Assembly: GCA_903883645.1 (NCBI GenBank)
Contig: CAISBR010000080.1
Location: 21,069 to 85,068, forward strand
DNA length: 64,000 bases
Source of the DNA: an uncultured Myxococcales bacterium
Lineage (GTDB): Bacteria > Myxococcota_A > UBA9042
Direction: 5' to 3'
Position numbers and translations under genes: made by a program. The notes under the pieces are model-generated. The model was not told the DNA's origin, did no database searches, and saw only the letters and a list, made by a program, of their open reading frames with translations. Shown piece after piece: positions 38,865 to 50,123 of this stretch; positions within the stretch are counted from its first letter, which is position 1; every line of letters starts with the position of its first letter.

Positions 38865-40079
38865 TTAGACCGACCGCAGCGCCTCGACCGGCGAGAGACG
38901 CGATGCGCGCCAGGCCGGGCCGATCGCGGCGATCAGCGTCACCACCACCACAATCGACAGCGTGACGGCGACGGCGACGAGCGCGACGTGCGGATGCAAC
39001 GTAACCGGAATTTCGCCACCTGGGGCGCGGACTTGCAAGCCATTGCGTTCGAGGATGTAGGTGGCAAGCAGCCCGACACCGCCGCCCGCGCACGCGCCGA
39101 AAAGGCCCAGGAAGGTGGACTCGGCGAGGACCATCCACAGAATCTTTTCGCGGCGGACGCCTAGGGCGAGCATGGTGCCAAACTCGCGAACGCGCTCGTG
39201 AACGGACATGACCATGGTGTTGGCGACGCCGGTGAGCAACAGCATCATCAGCACGCCGATGTTGACGCGAAGAACGCTGCGGAACACGCCGAAAATGCTG
39301 CGTAATTGTGGCAAAAGGTCGAGCCACGACACCACTTGGTACTGGGGGCCCAGCTGGGTCTGCAGCGTGTGGGCGATTTCGTCGGCGGCCTCAACGTCGT
39401 CGATGCCAATGGCATATTCGGTGATCTTGCCGGGAAGATTGAGCAATTCTTGGGCGTAGGCCAGCGGCACGGTGACGGAGCGCTTGTCTTCGAAGGCGGT
39501 CGACGGCGCGGCGATGCCGGCCACCCTGAGGTCGAGCATGTTGGGGCGGCCACCTGGGGCGCTGGCTAGAAGCTGAAGCGTGGTGCCGGGTTTACCGTCA
39601 AGACCGCTGGCTAGCGCGCTGCCGAGCACGCCCTCGGCGACGCTGGTGGGTACAAGGGGCGCACCGCTGACGTTGCCGAAACGATTGATGCACACAGCGG
39701 TTTCGCTCGCGGGCACGATCGCGGCGACGTTGGCTTGGGTCGACTGGCTACCGTTGCCGAGCATGGCCTCGAACGAGAGGCGTGGGCTGACGGCTCGCAC
39801 ACCTTTGATATTCTTCAGTTTTTGCAGCATGGCCGGATCGAAATCCATGGCAAAATTGAGCGCATCTTGATCGGCCTGCAGGTGGCCCTTCTTGTGGACT
39901 TGCACGGCGCCGACGCGACCGTCGACCATGACCGAACCGATCATACCCATGATTCCAGCCACTACGCCCTGAGCGAGGATAGCGGCGGCGACGCCAAGCG
40001 TGATGCCGGCCAAGGTGACCAGGCTGCGGCGGCGGTTGCGCATGGTGTTGCGCAGGGCGAGAAAGAAGATTTTGCGCAT
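38865..40079 (-). CDS. ABC transporter permease, FtsX/LolE-like
   Basis: MRKIFFLALRNTMRNRRRSLVTLAGITLGVAAAIL resembles a LolC/E N-terminus. C-terminal FtsX helices. No adjacent ATPase. Confidence 0.75.
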   Translation of the reverse strand: MRKIFFLALRNTMRNRRRSLVTLAGITLGVAAAILAQGVVAGIMGMIGSVMVDGRVGAVQVHKKGHLQADQDALNFAMDFDPAMLQKLKNIKGVRAVSPRLSFEAMLGNGSQSTQANVAAIVPASETAVCINRFGNVSGAPLVPTSVAEGVLGSALASGLDGKPGTTLQLLASAPGGRPNMLDLRVAGIAAPSTAFEDKRSVTVPLAYAQELLNLPGKITEYAIGIDDVEAADEIAHTLQTQLGPQYQVVSWLDLLPQLRSIFGVFRSVLRVNIGVLMMLLLTGVANTMVMSVHERVREFGTMLALGVRREKILWMVLAESTFLGLFGACAGGGVGLLATYILERNGLQVRAPGGEIPVTLHPHVALVAVAVTLSIVVVVTLIAAIGPAWRASRLSPVEALRSV

Positions 40080-40314
40080 GTAACAGCTCCGGGCGACGGA
40101 CTGCCGCAGGATCGGTCAAGGGGCGACGGCTTGCAAGGTGGCAGCAAGTGTTGCTTTTTTCGACATGCTGCGATTTTCGACACACATTCAAACGCCGATG
40201 GAATCACTTTCATCCTATTTACAGACTGTTATGACCGACGTCGGCTTGGCACGGAGTTTGCTGTATCCAGGACTGAACGTCCGCTTTGCGGCCCTTTTCG
40301 CCACGGAGATTGCC

Positions 40315-42420
40315 ATGCGACCGACTTACCTTGCCCTGGGCCTGGCCCTTGCCACCGCGCCGCTCGCCCAGACGGCGCTGGCTTGCGGTGGCTGTTTTTC
40401 GCCGCCGGCGCCGACCATCGACCAGACGGTGGTGCAAAATGCCGAGCGCGTGCTGTTCTACCGCGATGCAACGACAAAGAAATCAACGGTTTGGGTCGAG
40501 GTGCGCTACAGCGGTCTTGCCCAGGACTTTGGCTGGGTGCTGCCCGTGCCCAAGGTACCCAAGGTAGGCGTGGGCTCGACGGTGGTGTTTGATGCGCTGG
40601 ACCAGAAACTGCGCGCCCGCTACAACATAGAATACGGCCAGCCCGAGAATTGCCGTGATGCTTGGCAGGGTTGCAACGAGGAACAGTACTACCCGTCGGC
40701 GGGCGGTGGCGATTTCGGCGGTGCAGATACCACGACGGCGGGCGATTCGTCCGCAAGTGACGCCGGTGGCCCAGGGGCGCCAAAGGTCGAGGTGCTTGCG
40801 CAAGGCACGACGGGCCCGTACGACTACCAGGTGGTGGCCAGCAACGATGCCAACATGCTGTATACATGGCTAAATACCCGCGGATATGCCATTCCGGAGA
40901 AGAGCAAGCCGATCATCGACTCCCACATCAAGAAGGGCGACAAGTTCGTGGCGGTGAAGTTGAGCAACGGCCAGGGAATCAAGGCGATTCGGCCGATCAC
41001 GCTTGAGATGGACGACAGCGAGGCGTGCGTACCGCTGCGGCTGACCAGCATTGCCGCGGCCGAAGACATGCAGGTGGTGGTGACGGTGGCTGGGCCGAAT
41101 CGGGCGATCGTCAAGAACTACATGGATGTAGAGCCCAATCCGCTGCGACTGAATCTGCTGAGTGGCGGGACGCAGGTGCCGTGCGCGGAGCCCTATTCGG
41201 GCTATTGCACTGTGCCGAATAACTTTGACCAGGTCGCGTCGGCGGCGATCGACGAGGCGGCGGGCCGGGCGTTTGTGACCGAGGCGGTGGTGTCGGGCGG
41301 TGGCATGGGCCAGCTGTCGCCGCTGCAGTCGCTCAAGGCGAGTCAGTTTACCTACGCGACCAACTTGCTCGACCTTGGGCAGGTTTTGGCAGGCCTGACC
41401 GGCGTGCTGCCGATCGACGACGACACGGCCGCGGTGATGGCGCCGCACCTGCCTCTCGACAAGGTGATGCCGGGGGTGAATCCCACGCAGGCATTGGCGA
41501 ATCTGCGGGCGTGCGCCAACTTTTGGCAGATGGGCCAGAACCAGCCGTGCCAGCTGCCAGGCTACACTGTGCTGCAGGCTAGTACGCTGCTCGCGGCCAC
41601 GTTTGACCCGCAGCCGCTCGCCGACGATGTGACGACCAACTTAGTGGGGCCGATCGACGACGCGGCCAAGAAGATCGCTGGAAATGCTTGGGTTTCGCGG
41701 CTGTCGCTGCGGATTTCGCCCGACGAGATGGACCGCGACCCGGTGTTTGCGTACAACTCGGCGCTGCCCGCCAAGGCGCAGGAACGCAAGGTGAAGGCCA
41801 ATGTGGTGTGCCTCGACGGCTGGAACAATGGGCCACAGGGCTTTCGGCTGACGCTCGACGGGCTTGGCTCGTGGGTGCTGGGGCAAGACGCGCTGAACAC
41901 GAAGGACCCGCGTTTTGCGCAGGCGCCGTACGCACTTACCGTGCAACTGCAAGACGAGACGGGGCCGGCGATGACGATCGCCCCGGAACAGGTCGACTTG
42001 GTCGACGGCGTGATCAAGGGTGCCCTGCCCGGCCAGCCTAGCTTGCCCAATGACATGGTGCTGAAGACGCCGGTGCCGTGGGCGCCCCCTGCCTCGGATG
42101 TGCTGGTAACCAAAGTGGGTGCGTGGCACAAGCCCGGCAGCTGGTGCGAGCCCAAGGCGGGCTGGAGCGACGGGAAGATGGCGCCGGCCGGCGATGTGCC
42201 CCAGAGCGATGCAGGGTCGACGAGCGGCCCAGTGCCCGGCGTGGATGCGGTGAGCGGCTGGACCGATGCGGTGTCGCCCCAGGCGACGGTGAGCAAGGCA
42301 AGCGGCGCGAGTGAAGGCAGCGGTTGCACGGCTGGTACGCATAGTAACTCGGCTTGGGGCCTGCTGATGTTGGCGGGGCTGGGCCTGTTGGTGCGGCGGC
42401 GGCCGAGCCAAGCGCGCTAG
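40315..42420 (+). CDS. Secreted protein with a MYXO-CTERM sorting tail
   Basis: Signal peptide MRPTYLALGLALATAPLAQTALA. C-terminus GSGCTAGTHSNSAWGLLMLAGLGLLVRRR. GGAG RBS. Confidence 0.55.
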   Translation: MRPTYLALGLALATAPLAQTALACGGCFSPPAPTIDQTVVQNAERVLFYRDATTKKSTVWVEVRYSGLAQDFGWVLPVPKVPKVGVGSTVVFDALDQKLRARYNIEYGQPENCRDAWQGCNEEQYYPSAGGGDFGGADTTTAGDSSASDAGGPGAPKVEVLAQGTTGPYDYQVVASNDANMLYTWLNTRGYAIPEKSKPIIDSHIKKGDKFVAVKLSNGQGIKAIRPITLEMDDSEACVPLRLTSIAAAEDMQVVVTVAGPNRAIVKNYMDVEPNPLRLNLLSGGTQVPCAEPYSGYCTVPNNFDQVASAAIDEAAGRAFVTEAVVSGGGMGQLSPLQSLKASQFTYATNLLDLGQVLAGLTGVLPIDDDTAAVMAPHLPLDKVMPGVNPTQALANLRACANFWQMGQNQPCQLPGYTVLQASTLLAATFDPQPLADDVTTNLVGPIDDAAKKIAGNAWVSRLSLRISPDEMDRDPVFAYNSALPAKAQERKVKANVVCLDGWNNGPQGFRLTLDGLGSWVLGQDALNTKDPRFAQAPYALTVQLQDETGPAMTIAPEQVDLVDGVIKGALPGQPSLPNDMVLKTPVPWAPPASDVLVTKVGAWHKPGSWCEPKAGWSDGKMAPAGDVPQSDAGSTSGPVPGVDAVSGWTDAVSPQATVSKASGASEGSGCTAGTHSNSAWGLLMLAGLGLLVRRRPSQAR

Positions 42421-42588
42421 TTGCCCGCCAGCACGACCCGGAAGCCCACATGGAACCACGGCCCATTGGGGTCGCCCGGCCCGCGGAAGTACGGCGGATC
42501 GCGGTTGGATACGCGGGAGTGGCCGGCAAGTCGCCCCTGCTGCAGGTGGCACCCCGAGCGGCGCATTGCGCAACCACTGCAGCGGGTT

Positions 42589-44505
42589 CTAAGGCTCCTC
42601 GGCCACCAACGCATCAAAGTCGCGGCCGCGCCACTGCTTGATCTTTGCCATGTACGCAGGCGGATTGCCCTGCTGCCACACCTGGTCGAGCACCGAAACA
42701 TAGTGCACAAGCATAGCAACCAACTGATCTTTAGGGGCAAGCAGCTTCGCGCGTGCCACCTCGTCGCGGGCCGGGTCGCGCCAGCCGCGCCGCAACGCCT
42801 GGGCCGCCTGCTGGGCGTGTTGCCACAAGAGCACCATCTTGGTGGGGTGATCGGCCAGGTCCGCAGGCGTCAGGCGGTCATACAGCCCCTGCCACGCGCG
42901 ATCCTGGGTCTGGCGCAGCTGCACCACATCGTACGGCGCCTCGCGCTCGGCCTTGGGCAGCAGCCGCTGATACAGGGTACCAAAGCGCCAAAGTTCAGGC
43001 TCGATGCGGGCTTGCGGGTCTAGCTCGGCATAGATCGGCTGCCGTTCAAGCAGCGCCAGTAGCCCCGGGATGGGCGCCGCCTGGCGCTGCACGGCCTGGA
43101 CCGCAAGGGGCGCCAACTGCGGGTACTGACCCTGGAACCACGCCGCGTGCCCCTTGCCGCCATCGGTATCGCCGGTGCGAAAACTCAAGTGCACTACGCG
43201 CCAATCGGGGCGCCGGCCCTCGGCCAGCCGAAACGCCGTCTCGCTGTATTGCACACCATAGTAGTTTGAAAGAACGAGTGATCCCGGCGCAACGTCGCGG
43301 CGCGCTTGACTATCGAGCACTTCGGGCGAGCGCAGCTCACTTGGGTTACTGGCAACATCACCTATAAGTATAGACACTTGTGTTGCGGCCGCCAGCAGCC
43401 CCAGCCCGGCCGCCAGCCCCGTCGCCGCCTTGGGTGCCCGCGCCAGCACTGCCCCCAGCTGCGCCACACCCAGCGCCAAAGCCGCAACAGCCATCAGCAC
43501 ATAGCCGTGATCGTCGGCGTTGTGCGTGTCGATCTGCATCAGCGCCTTGGTCAGCAGCCCCAGCAGCAGCGCAGTTGCCAGCACCGCCGCCATGCGCGTC
43601 TTGAGCAGCGCCCCCAGGCCCAGGCCCAGCAGCCCCGCAACCGGCAAGACAATCCCGCCAGCATCGGCGATCATCGCCAGCAGAATCATCAGGTTGTCGC
43701 TATAGCTAACATGAGCTGCCGACACCGAGCGCTGAAAATGCTTGGCGGTCACGGTATCCCAAAGCCCCGCTAGCGTGGTCGGATCGCCCCAGCGCAGCTC
43801 GACCGCGGTTCGCGCCCGCAGCCACAACGCCGCGTAACCCAGCGCCAGCCAAGCACAACCGAGGAGCAGAAGCCCGGCAAAGCGGCGATGTTCGCGCACC
43901 ACCAGCCGCAGCGCCGGCCACGCCGCCAGCAGGGCCGGAGGCAGGGCAAAAAGGGTTACGTAATGATGATTTAGCGCCCCCATACAAAACGCCGCCGCCG
44001 CCGCCGCGATGTGGCCAAACCAAGGCTGCCCGCGCTGCGCCGCGCGACCGGCACGCAACCCCGCAAGCAGCAACCACAAATTACTCGCCAGGGCCAGGGT
44101 ATAGACCTCGGCCCGCGTCGCCACTTGCCACAGCGAGCCCGAGGTCAGCAGCGTAAGGGTCGCAAGTGCGCTCCACACCTCAGCTTGCCAGCCGGAAACA
44201 TGGTCGGCCAGCACGGTCCGCGCTAGACGCACCAGCAAAAGCGCCGCAATTCCCGCAAAAAGTGCCGATATTAGCGCGACCCGCAGCGCGTGCGGACCCA
44301 GCGGCAGTAGCTCGCACAGCCCCGCCAGCGATAGCCACGCCGGATGGCCGGGCGGATGCACCACCCCTAAAGTCCTTGCGGCTGCTATGAATTCGCCCGA
44401 GTCGAGCCACGACCCCGCGGGCGCCGCGTGCAGCGCCGTCGCCGCCATACCCAGCGCAAACGCCGACCACGCCAGCGGATCTTGGTTGAGGGGCCGGTCA
44501 GCCAT
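42589..44505 (-). CDS. DUF2723-family polytopic membrane protein (TMEM260/PMT-like GT-C fold)
   Basis: The N-terminal loop motifs DSGEF and HPPGHP, read in the translation, are characteristic of DUF2723 (family assignment from memory). Multiple TM helices, then a soluble C-terminal domain. Confidence 0.6.
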   Translation of the reverse strand: MADRPLNQDPLAWSAFALGMAATALHAAPAGSWLDSGEFIAAARTLGVVHPPGHPAWLSLAGLCELLPLGPHALRVALISALFAGIAALLLVRLARTVLADHVSGWQAEVWSALATLTLLTSGSLWQVATRAEVYTLALASNLWLLLAGLRAGRAAQRGQPWFGHIAAAAAAFCMGALNHHYVTLFALPPALLAAWPALRLVVREHRRFAGLLLLGCAWLALGYAALWLRARTAVELRWGDPTTLAGLWDTVTAKHFQRSVSAAHVSYSDNLMILLAMIADAGGIVLPVAGLLGLGLGALLKTRMAAVLATALLLGLLTKALMQIDTHNADDHGYVLMAVAALALGVAQLGAVLARAPKAATGLAAGLGLLAAATQVSILIGDVASNPSELRSPEVLDSQARRDVAPGSLVLSNYYGVQYSETAFRLAEGRRPDWRVVHLSFRTGDTDGGKGHAAWFQGQYPQLAPLAVQAVQRQAAPIPGLLALLERQPIYAELDPQARIEPELWRFGTLYQRLLPKAEREAPYDVVQLRQTQDRAWQGLYDRLTPADLADHPTKMVLLWQHAQQAAQALRRGWRDPARDEVARAKLLAPKDQLVAMLVHYVSVLDQVWQQGNPPAYMAKIKQWRGRDFDALVAEEP

Positions 44506-45019
44506 GGGTCTCGAACACGCGCTCGTCGATTGCCGACTGCCCGGGCGACTCTTCGACGCGCACCAAGATGCGGTGAATCACGAGGTTAGGCAGCTTTTGC
44601 AACAGTCGTTCTAAAAAATGCTCAAGCAGCCACCCGGCTAGCAGTTCCGACGAGGTATTGGCGATGGCCAACAGCCGCACATCCCGCTCGGGGAACGAGA
44701 AGCGGCCGATATGGCCGTCGGGCTCGGCAAATTCGACTTGAACTTGACCATCTTCGACCCTGACCTTGAGCGCCGGATGCTGGGTCGGCAGGAGCGTGCG
44801 GTGGTCGAGCGCGTCGCACGCGGCCTTAAAAAGCGGCTTGACCACGATGAAATCGGCCACGAGGTGCCCGGCGTCGAGCACACCGTCGAGCTCGAGCTCT
44901 GCGCGGTAGTTGTGGCCGTGCAGCTCTTCGCGTTCGCCGTTGCCAAAGATCAAGAAGTGGGCAGAACCAAAGTTGAAATACTGCTTATCGAGGCGAATAC
45001 CATGGCGACGCTGCTGCAC
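44498..45019 (-). CDS. 6-pyruvoyl-tetrahydropterin synthase (PTPS)-fold protein, paralog of QueD
   Basis: ELHGHNY motif. GTG start at 45019. Overlaps the DUF2723 start by 8 nt. Confidence 0.6.
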   Translation of the reverse strand: MQQRRHGIRLDKQYFNFGSAHFLIFGNGEREELHGHNYRAELELDGVLDAGHLVADFIVVKPLFKAACDALDHRTLLPTQHPALKVRVEDGQVQVEFAEPDGHIGRFSFPERDVRLLAIANTSSELLAGWLLEHFLERLLQKLPNLVIHRILVRVEESPGQSAIDERVFETHG

Positions 45020-45033
45020 GACAACCCCACGAG

Positions 45034-45399
45034 TTAGCGGACGGGCCCGCGGTAAGTGCACGAGGTCGTGCAGGTTTCGCGCACCGTTATGGCGGCTAGG
45101 CCCGGCAGATTCGGCGCAATGCGCTGCCACAGCCACAGACACAGCACCTCGGAGGTCGGGTTCTCTAAGCCAGGCAAATCATTTAGATACTGGTGGTCCA
45201 GTGCGTCGATGTGCGGCTTGCAGGCGCGCTTGATGTCGCCGTAGTCGACCACCCAACCCGTGTCGGCGCCCAGCTCGCCCTGCACCATCACCTCGACCAC
45301 GAACGAATGGCCGTGCAGCCGCCCACACTTATGGCCCGCCGGCACGCTGGTCAAGCGGTGCGCCGAGTCGAAACGAAACGATTTGGTCAGTTCAAACAT
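45034..45399 (-). CDS. queD: 6-carboxy-5,6,7,8-tetrahydropterin synthase
   Basis: 121 aa. CxxxHGH motif (CGRLHGHSF) and FDSAHRL. Confidence 0.8.
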   Translation of the reverse strand: MFELTKSFRFDSAHRLTSVPAGHKCGRLHGHSFVVEVMVQGELGADTGWVVDYGDIKRACKPHIDALDHQYLNDLPGLENPTSEVLCLWLWQRIAPNLPGLAAITVRETCTTSCTYRGPVR

Positions 45400-45429
45400 A
45401 ATCTTCTGATGCTCGCTACGCTGCGGACG

Positions 45430-46359
45430 TTACGCAGTCCAAGTCAAAAGCAGCCGGTCGGCCACCACTTCGTGCTCAAGGGTCTGGCCCGGCAGCTGAA
45501 ACCGCCGCAGCATCGATCGCCCCACCGTCACTGCGTGCTCCGTTGCAAACAGCCCGTGCGGAATCGGCACGTCGCACACCCGCTGCCCAGAGCGCTTGCT
45601 GCCGTCGATCGACAGGACCACCCGCACGCCACGGCCTTTGGCGCGGTCGATGGCATCGAGGAGCCGCACCAGCGTGAACTTCTGCGCGCCGTACAGGGTC
45701 GACTCGCTGTCGCTATAGGGCGGATCGCAGTAGATCAAGTCGCCGGCCGCAGCACCGTCGATCATGGCTTCGAAGTCGCTGTGAACAAAGCGAGTATTCG
45801 CCAAGCGCTCGTGCCACGCGGCAGCGCGCCGGGCAAATTCAGCGGGTGCGATCGGCCGGTGGATGCCGCACGGCGTATTCATCGCGCCAATTTTCGAGAA
45901 CCGAATCACGCCGCCGTAGCACGACCGCGTCAAAAATAGCAGGTCGGCAGCATTGGGCGCACGGTTATAGCGGTCGCGCAACTCTTTGTATACGTTGACT
46001 TTTTCGCCATCCATCATAGTCTGCCAGCGCTCGCTGTACCAGGCGACCACCTGCTCGGGTCGCTCTGCCACCGCCGACCAGAGGTCGATAAGCGGCGCCA
46101 GCGCATCCGAAGCCACGGCGCGCTGGGGCGCCAAGGTGGCCAGCACGGCCGCAGACCCGATGAAGGGCTCGTAATAGGTGGCAATATTCTTAGGAAACGT
46201 CGCCACGATCGCCGCAGCAAAGCGTTGCTTACTGCCGATCCACTTGAGCAACTGGCCCTTGGGCGGCAGGTTTGGCGGGGCCTGCTCCGGCTCAGCAAAG
46301 GGCAGCGCATGGCTAGTCGCGGCACCGTCGAGCGGCACCTCAAGGGGTCGCACCACCAT
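45430..46359 (-). CDS. Dam-family (D12 class) DNA N6-adenine methyltransferase
   Basis: KWIGSKQRFA...YYEPFIGSAAV motif I and DPPY motif IV. The ATG overlaps the upstream FHA gene's stop (TGATG). Confidence 0.85.
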   Translation of the reverse strand: MVVRPLEVPLDGAATSHALPFAEPEQAPPNLPPKGQLLKWIGSKQRFAAAIVATFPKNIATYYEPFIGSAAVLATLAPQRAVASDALAPLIDLWSAVAERPEQVVAWYSERWQTMMDGEKVNVYKELRDRYNRAPNAADLLFLTRSCYGGVIRFSKIGAMNTPCGIHRPIAPAEFARRAAAWHERLANTRFVHSDFEAMIDGAAAGDLIYCDPPYSDSESTLYGAQKFTLVRLLDAIDRAKGRGVRVVLSIDGSKRSGQRVCDVPIPHGLFATEHAVTVGRSMLRRFQLPGQTLEHEVVADRLLLTWTA

Positions 46360-47906
46360 CAGCGGTCTCGTCCGTGGTCGTTGCGGCGCAAGGCCTCGTC
46401 AAAACCCGGGCCGTTCGGACGCGGCGACGGCTCGCCAGGCTGGGGCACAGGCATCCCCGGATTGGCGCGGCGCTCGGCCTCAGACAGGGGGCGCTGCTGC
46501 AAACGGGGGCGTTCATCCGCGCTTGGGCCGCGATCCACCGCGCCAGTCCCGCGCCCCAGGCGATAGCGGTCCAGCGGCGCACCAGGGTCAGCCTGCAGTG
46601 GCGGCACATCGGAGTCGGCCGGTCGCGGCGGCTCACGATAGGGCTCAAACGCCGCAGAAGCCTTGCTTAAGCGGTACCGGTCGGGCGCCGGCGTGGCTGG
46701 CTCGCGCGTAGCGTGCTGCTCGGCCATGCGCTGCTCGCGGGTCATCGGCGGCAACGGTGGCGGCAATTCGGTGTTCAGCACTGCAGTCAGCGGCACGGCA
46801 CCATCGACCAATCCACGCAAGTTGGCATAAATATCAGCCGAATCGAGCATCGCCGTGTTCTGATCGTGAAAGCCACGGCGCGCCGGAGGCCGCCCCTCGT
46901 CGGGCGCTGGCGCCGTCTGCCGCACTTGCTGCGGATGGATGCGAATGGCCGGCAGTTCGACCGGAATCTGCGTCGCAACCGGCACGACCCGATCGGTCAG
47001 GGGGTCGATATCGCTTTGCGCGATGCGCAATTTCTCGAGCTCCGCCAGCGAGCCGATCATGGTGGGCTGCGGCACATCCGCAAGGGGCTCTGGCAGCGGC
47101 TCAGGCGGCGGTGGGCGCAGGTCGACCGGCCGCGCCAATTCAGCCGCTGCCGTAGCCGCGTTGGGGCTGTGGGCCGGCCGCACAAAACCACCTGCCACGG
47201 GCCGCGAATCCGCCTGCCGGCGTTGAGCCGACATCGCCCCCGGGTCGTGGCGCATCCCGGGCGAGCGGTCCATCGGCTGCGGCGCCCCCTGCGGCACCTT
47301 GGGTCGCTCGGGCAGCGCCGCCGCCAACAGCAAACCATGCGCTTCGATAGGCAAAAGGTGCACGCGCACGCCCACCCGCCCAAGCTGCACCACGTCGCCA
47401 TCGCGCAGGCGGCAGCGCTCGTCGATCGGCCGCCCGTTGACAGACGAACCCTCTTTGCTGCCCAAATCAAAGGCAAACAGCCCACTGTCGCTATAGCACT
47501 CGATAATCAGATGCTGGTCCGAGATCGAGGTGTCGTTTAGTACCAGGTCGGCATTGCCGCACCCCAGCACCACCCGGCTGCGCCGATAGACCATGCCGTA
47601 CTGCACCGCGCCGTCGAGCAAAATCGTAAGACCTACAGCGATTTGCGCGGGCGTGTCGTCGCGGGCATACATGAGCTCGCGGTCGCCGACCAGGATCGTG
47701 TCGCCCGAGTACAGCCGATGTAGCCCGCGGACCATCTGGCCGTTCAGCAACACCTTAGCCCCGTCGAACACCTTGAGATGATGGGCACCTTCTCGCGCAT
47801 ACACCAAGCAGGTCTGCGGCCGCACCTGCTGGTTGTCGATCCAGATGTCGTTGCTCTGATCGCGGCCGATCCGCACATCAGCGTTTTCTAAGGCAAACCG
47901 CAGCAC
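46359..47906 (-). CDS. FHA-domain protein (two FHA domains plus a Pro-rich C-terminal region)
   Basis: VRIGRDQSNDIWIDNQQV...NG... and a second GCGNADLVLNDTSISDQHLII...NG. GTG start at 47906 with no clear RBS. Confidence 0.7.
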   Translation of the reverse strand: MLRFALENADVRIGRDQSNDIWIDNQQVRPQTCLVYAREGAHHLKVFDGAKVLLNGQMVRGLHRLYSGDTILVGDRELMYARDDTPAQIAVGLTILLDGAVQYGMVYRRSRVVLGCGNADLVLNDTSISDQHLIIECYSDSGLFAFDLGSKEGSSVNGRPIDERCRLRDGDVVQLGRVGVRVHLLPIEAHGLLLAAALPERPKVPQGAPQPMDRSPGMRHDPGAMSAQRRQADSRPVAGGFVRPAHSPNAATAAAELARPVDLRPPPPEPLPEPLADVPQPTMIGSLAELEKLRIAQSDIDPLTDRVVPVATQIPVELPAIRIHPQQVRQTAPAPDEGRPPARRGFHDQNTAMLDSADIYANLRGLVDGAVPLTAVLNTELPPPLPPMTREQRMAEQHATREPATPAPDRYRLSKASAAFEPYREPPRPADSDVPPLQADPGAPLDRYRLGRGTGAVDRGPSADERPRLQQRPLSEAERRANPGMPVPQPGEPSPRPNGPGFDEALRRNDHGRDR

Positions 47907-47996
47907 TCGCCCTTCGTCTTCTACAAAGAGGTAGGCACTTTCAGCGTCGTGGCGGGCAGAGATCAGTTCGATGGCGACACCCCCGGGCAGGCCTGG

Positions 47997-49094
47997 CTAG
48001 CGTACACCACCTGCAGGTGGGCTGGCCAGTTGCTTGATCAGCTTGTCGATCGCGGCGTCGTCGAGCCGACCGTGCAGCGCCTCGCGGTGCCAAACCAAGT
48101 GTGCGCCGCTAAGCAACCGCTCGCGGTAGGTCGTGCGCTCGGCCTGGGCCCACTCGGCACACAGCTTGTGGCGAATGGTCTGGGCAATCGGGTCTTCCGT
48201 CATCGCCGTGGGCGTATGGGGCAGCCCCACCGACCCCGCCTGCCGCGCTGCCAACACCAGTACATGCGCCGAGTCGTCGCCATCTAGCGGCCCCAGCACT
48301 TCGCCCAGCTTAGCGTGCTGCACCGCAGTCTCGATCGCCGGATCGGCCTGACGAAAGTGCGCACCTTCAAAACCCGGCAGGCCGTGCTGCCAAAACGTGT
48401 AGCGCACAATCCGCAGCCGCCGCTCGCGCTCTTGCAAGTCGGCCAAGCGCTGCTCGAATAGGGGCAGATAGGCTTGTTTCAGCGGCGTATCTTCGAGCTG
48501 CACTGCGGTCGCCTGCGCCGCCTGGCCCAGCGGGGGCAGCTTTTGGTAGTCGGCGCGCAACTGGGTCGCAAGACCGCTCAGCTGCTGACGAATTGCCACA
48601 CGACACTGCTCCACTTCGGCGATCGGACACCCCTCAGGCTTGTCGCAGCACTGCCCCGCCGCGTCCCACACCGTCCAGGCCGGCGGGTGCTTGTACGTGG
48701 CCAGATTCTCCATGTACTTCATACGGATTTCGGTCTCGCCAATCGCACAGCCATGCTCGTCGTTGAATGTGAGCGCCAGCAAACGGTCCGAGGCCTGGGC
48801 CGCCGTCTCGGTCGCCGCCGCGAGCGCCCCCACATTCTGCATCTCGCGCAGCACCAGCAGATCGCTCGCCGCCAGCGCCGCCGCGCGCACCCCCGCCTCG
48901 GGCTGTCCATGCAAAAACGCTAGTCGCTCAGCCAGTTGCGACCCGCGCAGTGGCAGCGTATCGACCTCAGCGACGATCGGGTCTTGAACCGCCACAGCAG
49001 CTACGACCGCGGCCCCTTGGTCAGGCGGCCGGCGACACGCCAGCACGGCCAGAAGCATCAGGGCCAATAGGGGCGCAACTCGCTGCATCTGCAT
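47997..49094 (-). CDS. Hypothetical lipoprotein
   Basis: MQMQRVAPLLALMLLAVLAC lipobox. 6-nt gap after argF. Confidence 0.5.
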   Translation of the reverse strand: MQMQRVAPLLALMLLAVLACRRPPDQGAAVVAAVAVQDPIVAEVDTLPLRGSQLAERLAFLHGQPEAGVRAAALAASDLLVLREMQNVGALAAATETAAQASDRLLALTFNDEHGCAIGETEIRMKYMENLATYKHPPAWTVWDAAGQCCDKPEGCPIAEVEQCRVAIRQQLSGLATQLRADYQKLPPLGQAAQATAVQLEDTPLKQAYLPLFEQRLADLQERERRLRIVRYTFWQHGLPGFEGAHFRQADPAIETAVQHAKLGEVLGPLDGDDSAHVLVLAARQAGSVGLPHTPTAMTEDPIAQTIRHKLCAEWAQAERTTYRERLLSGAHLVWHREALHGRLDDAAIDKLIKQLASPPAGGVR

Positions 49095-49100
49095 CCGAAA

Positions 49101-50048
<948 letters not shown>

Positions 50049-50123
50049 AGCAAACCTCGCTGCCCGGCGCCCAAACGGCCGGGGCGACTGGCGGCGCGGC
50101 GCCGCAATGGGTTCAAGAAACGA

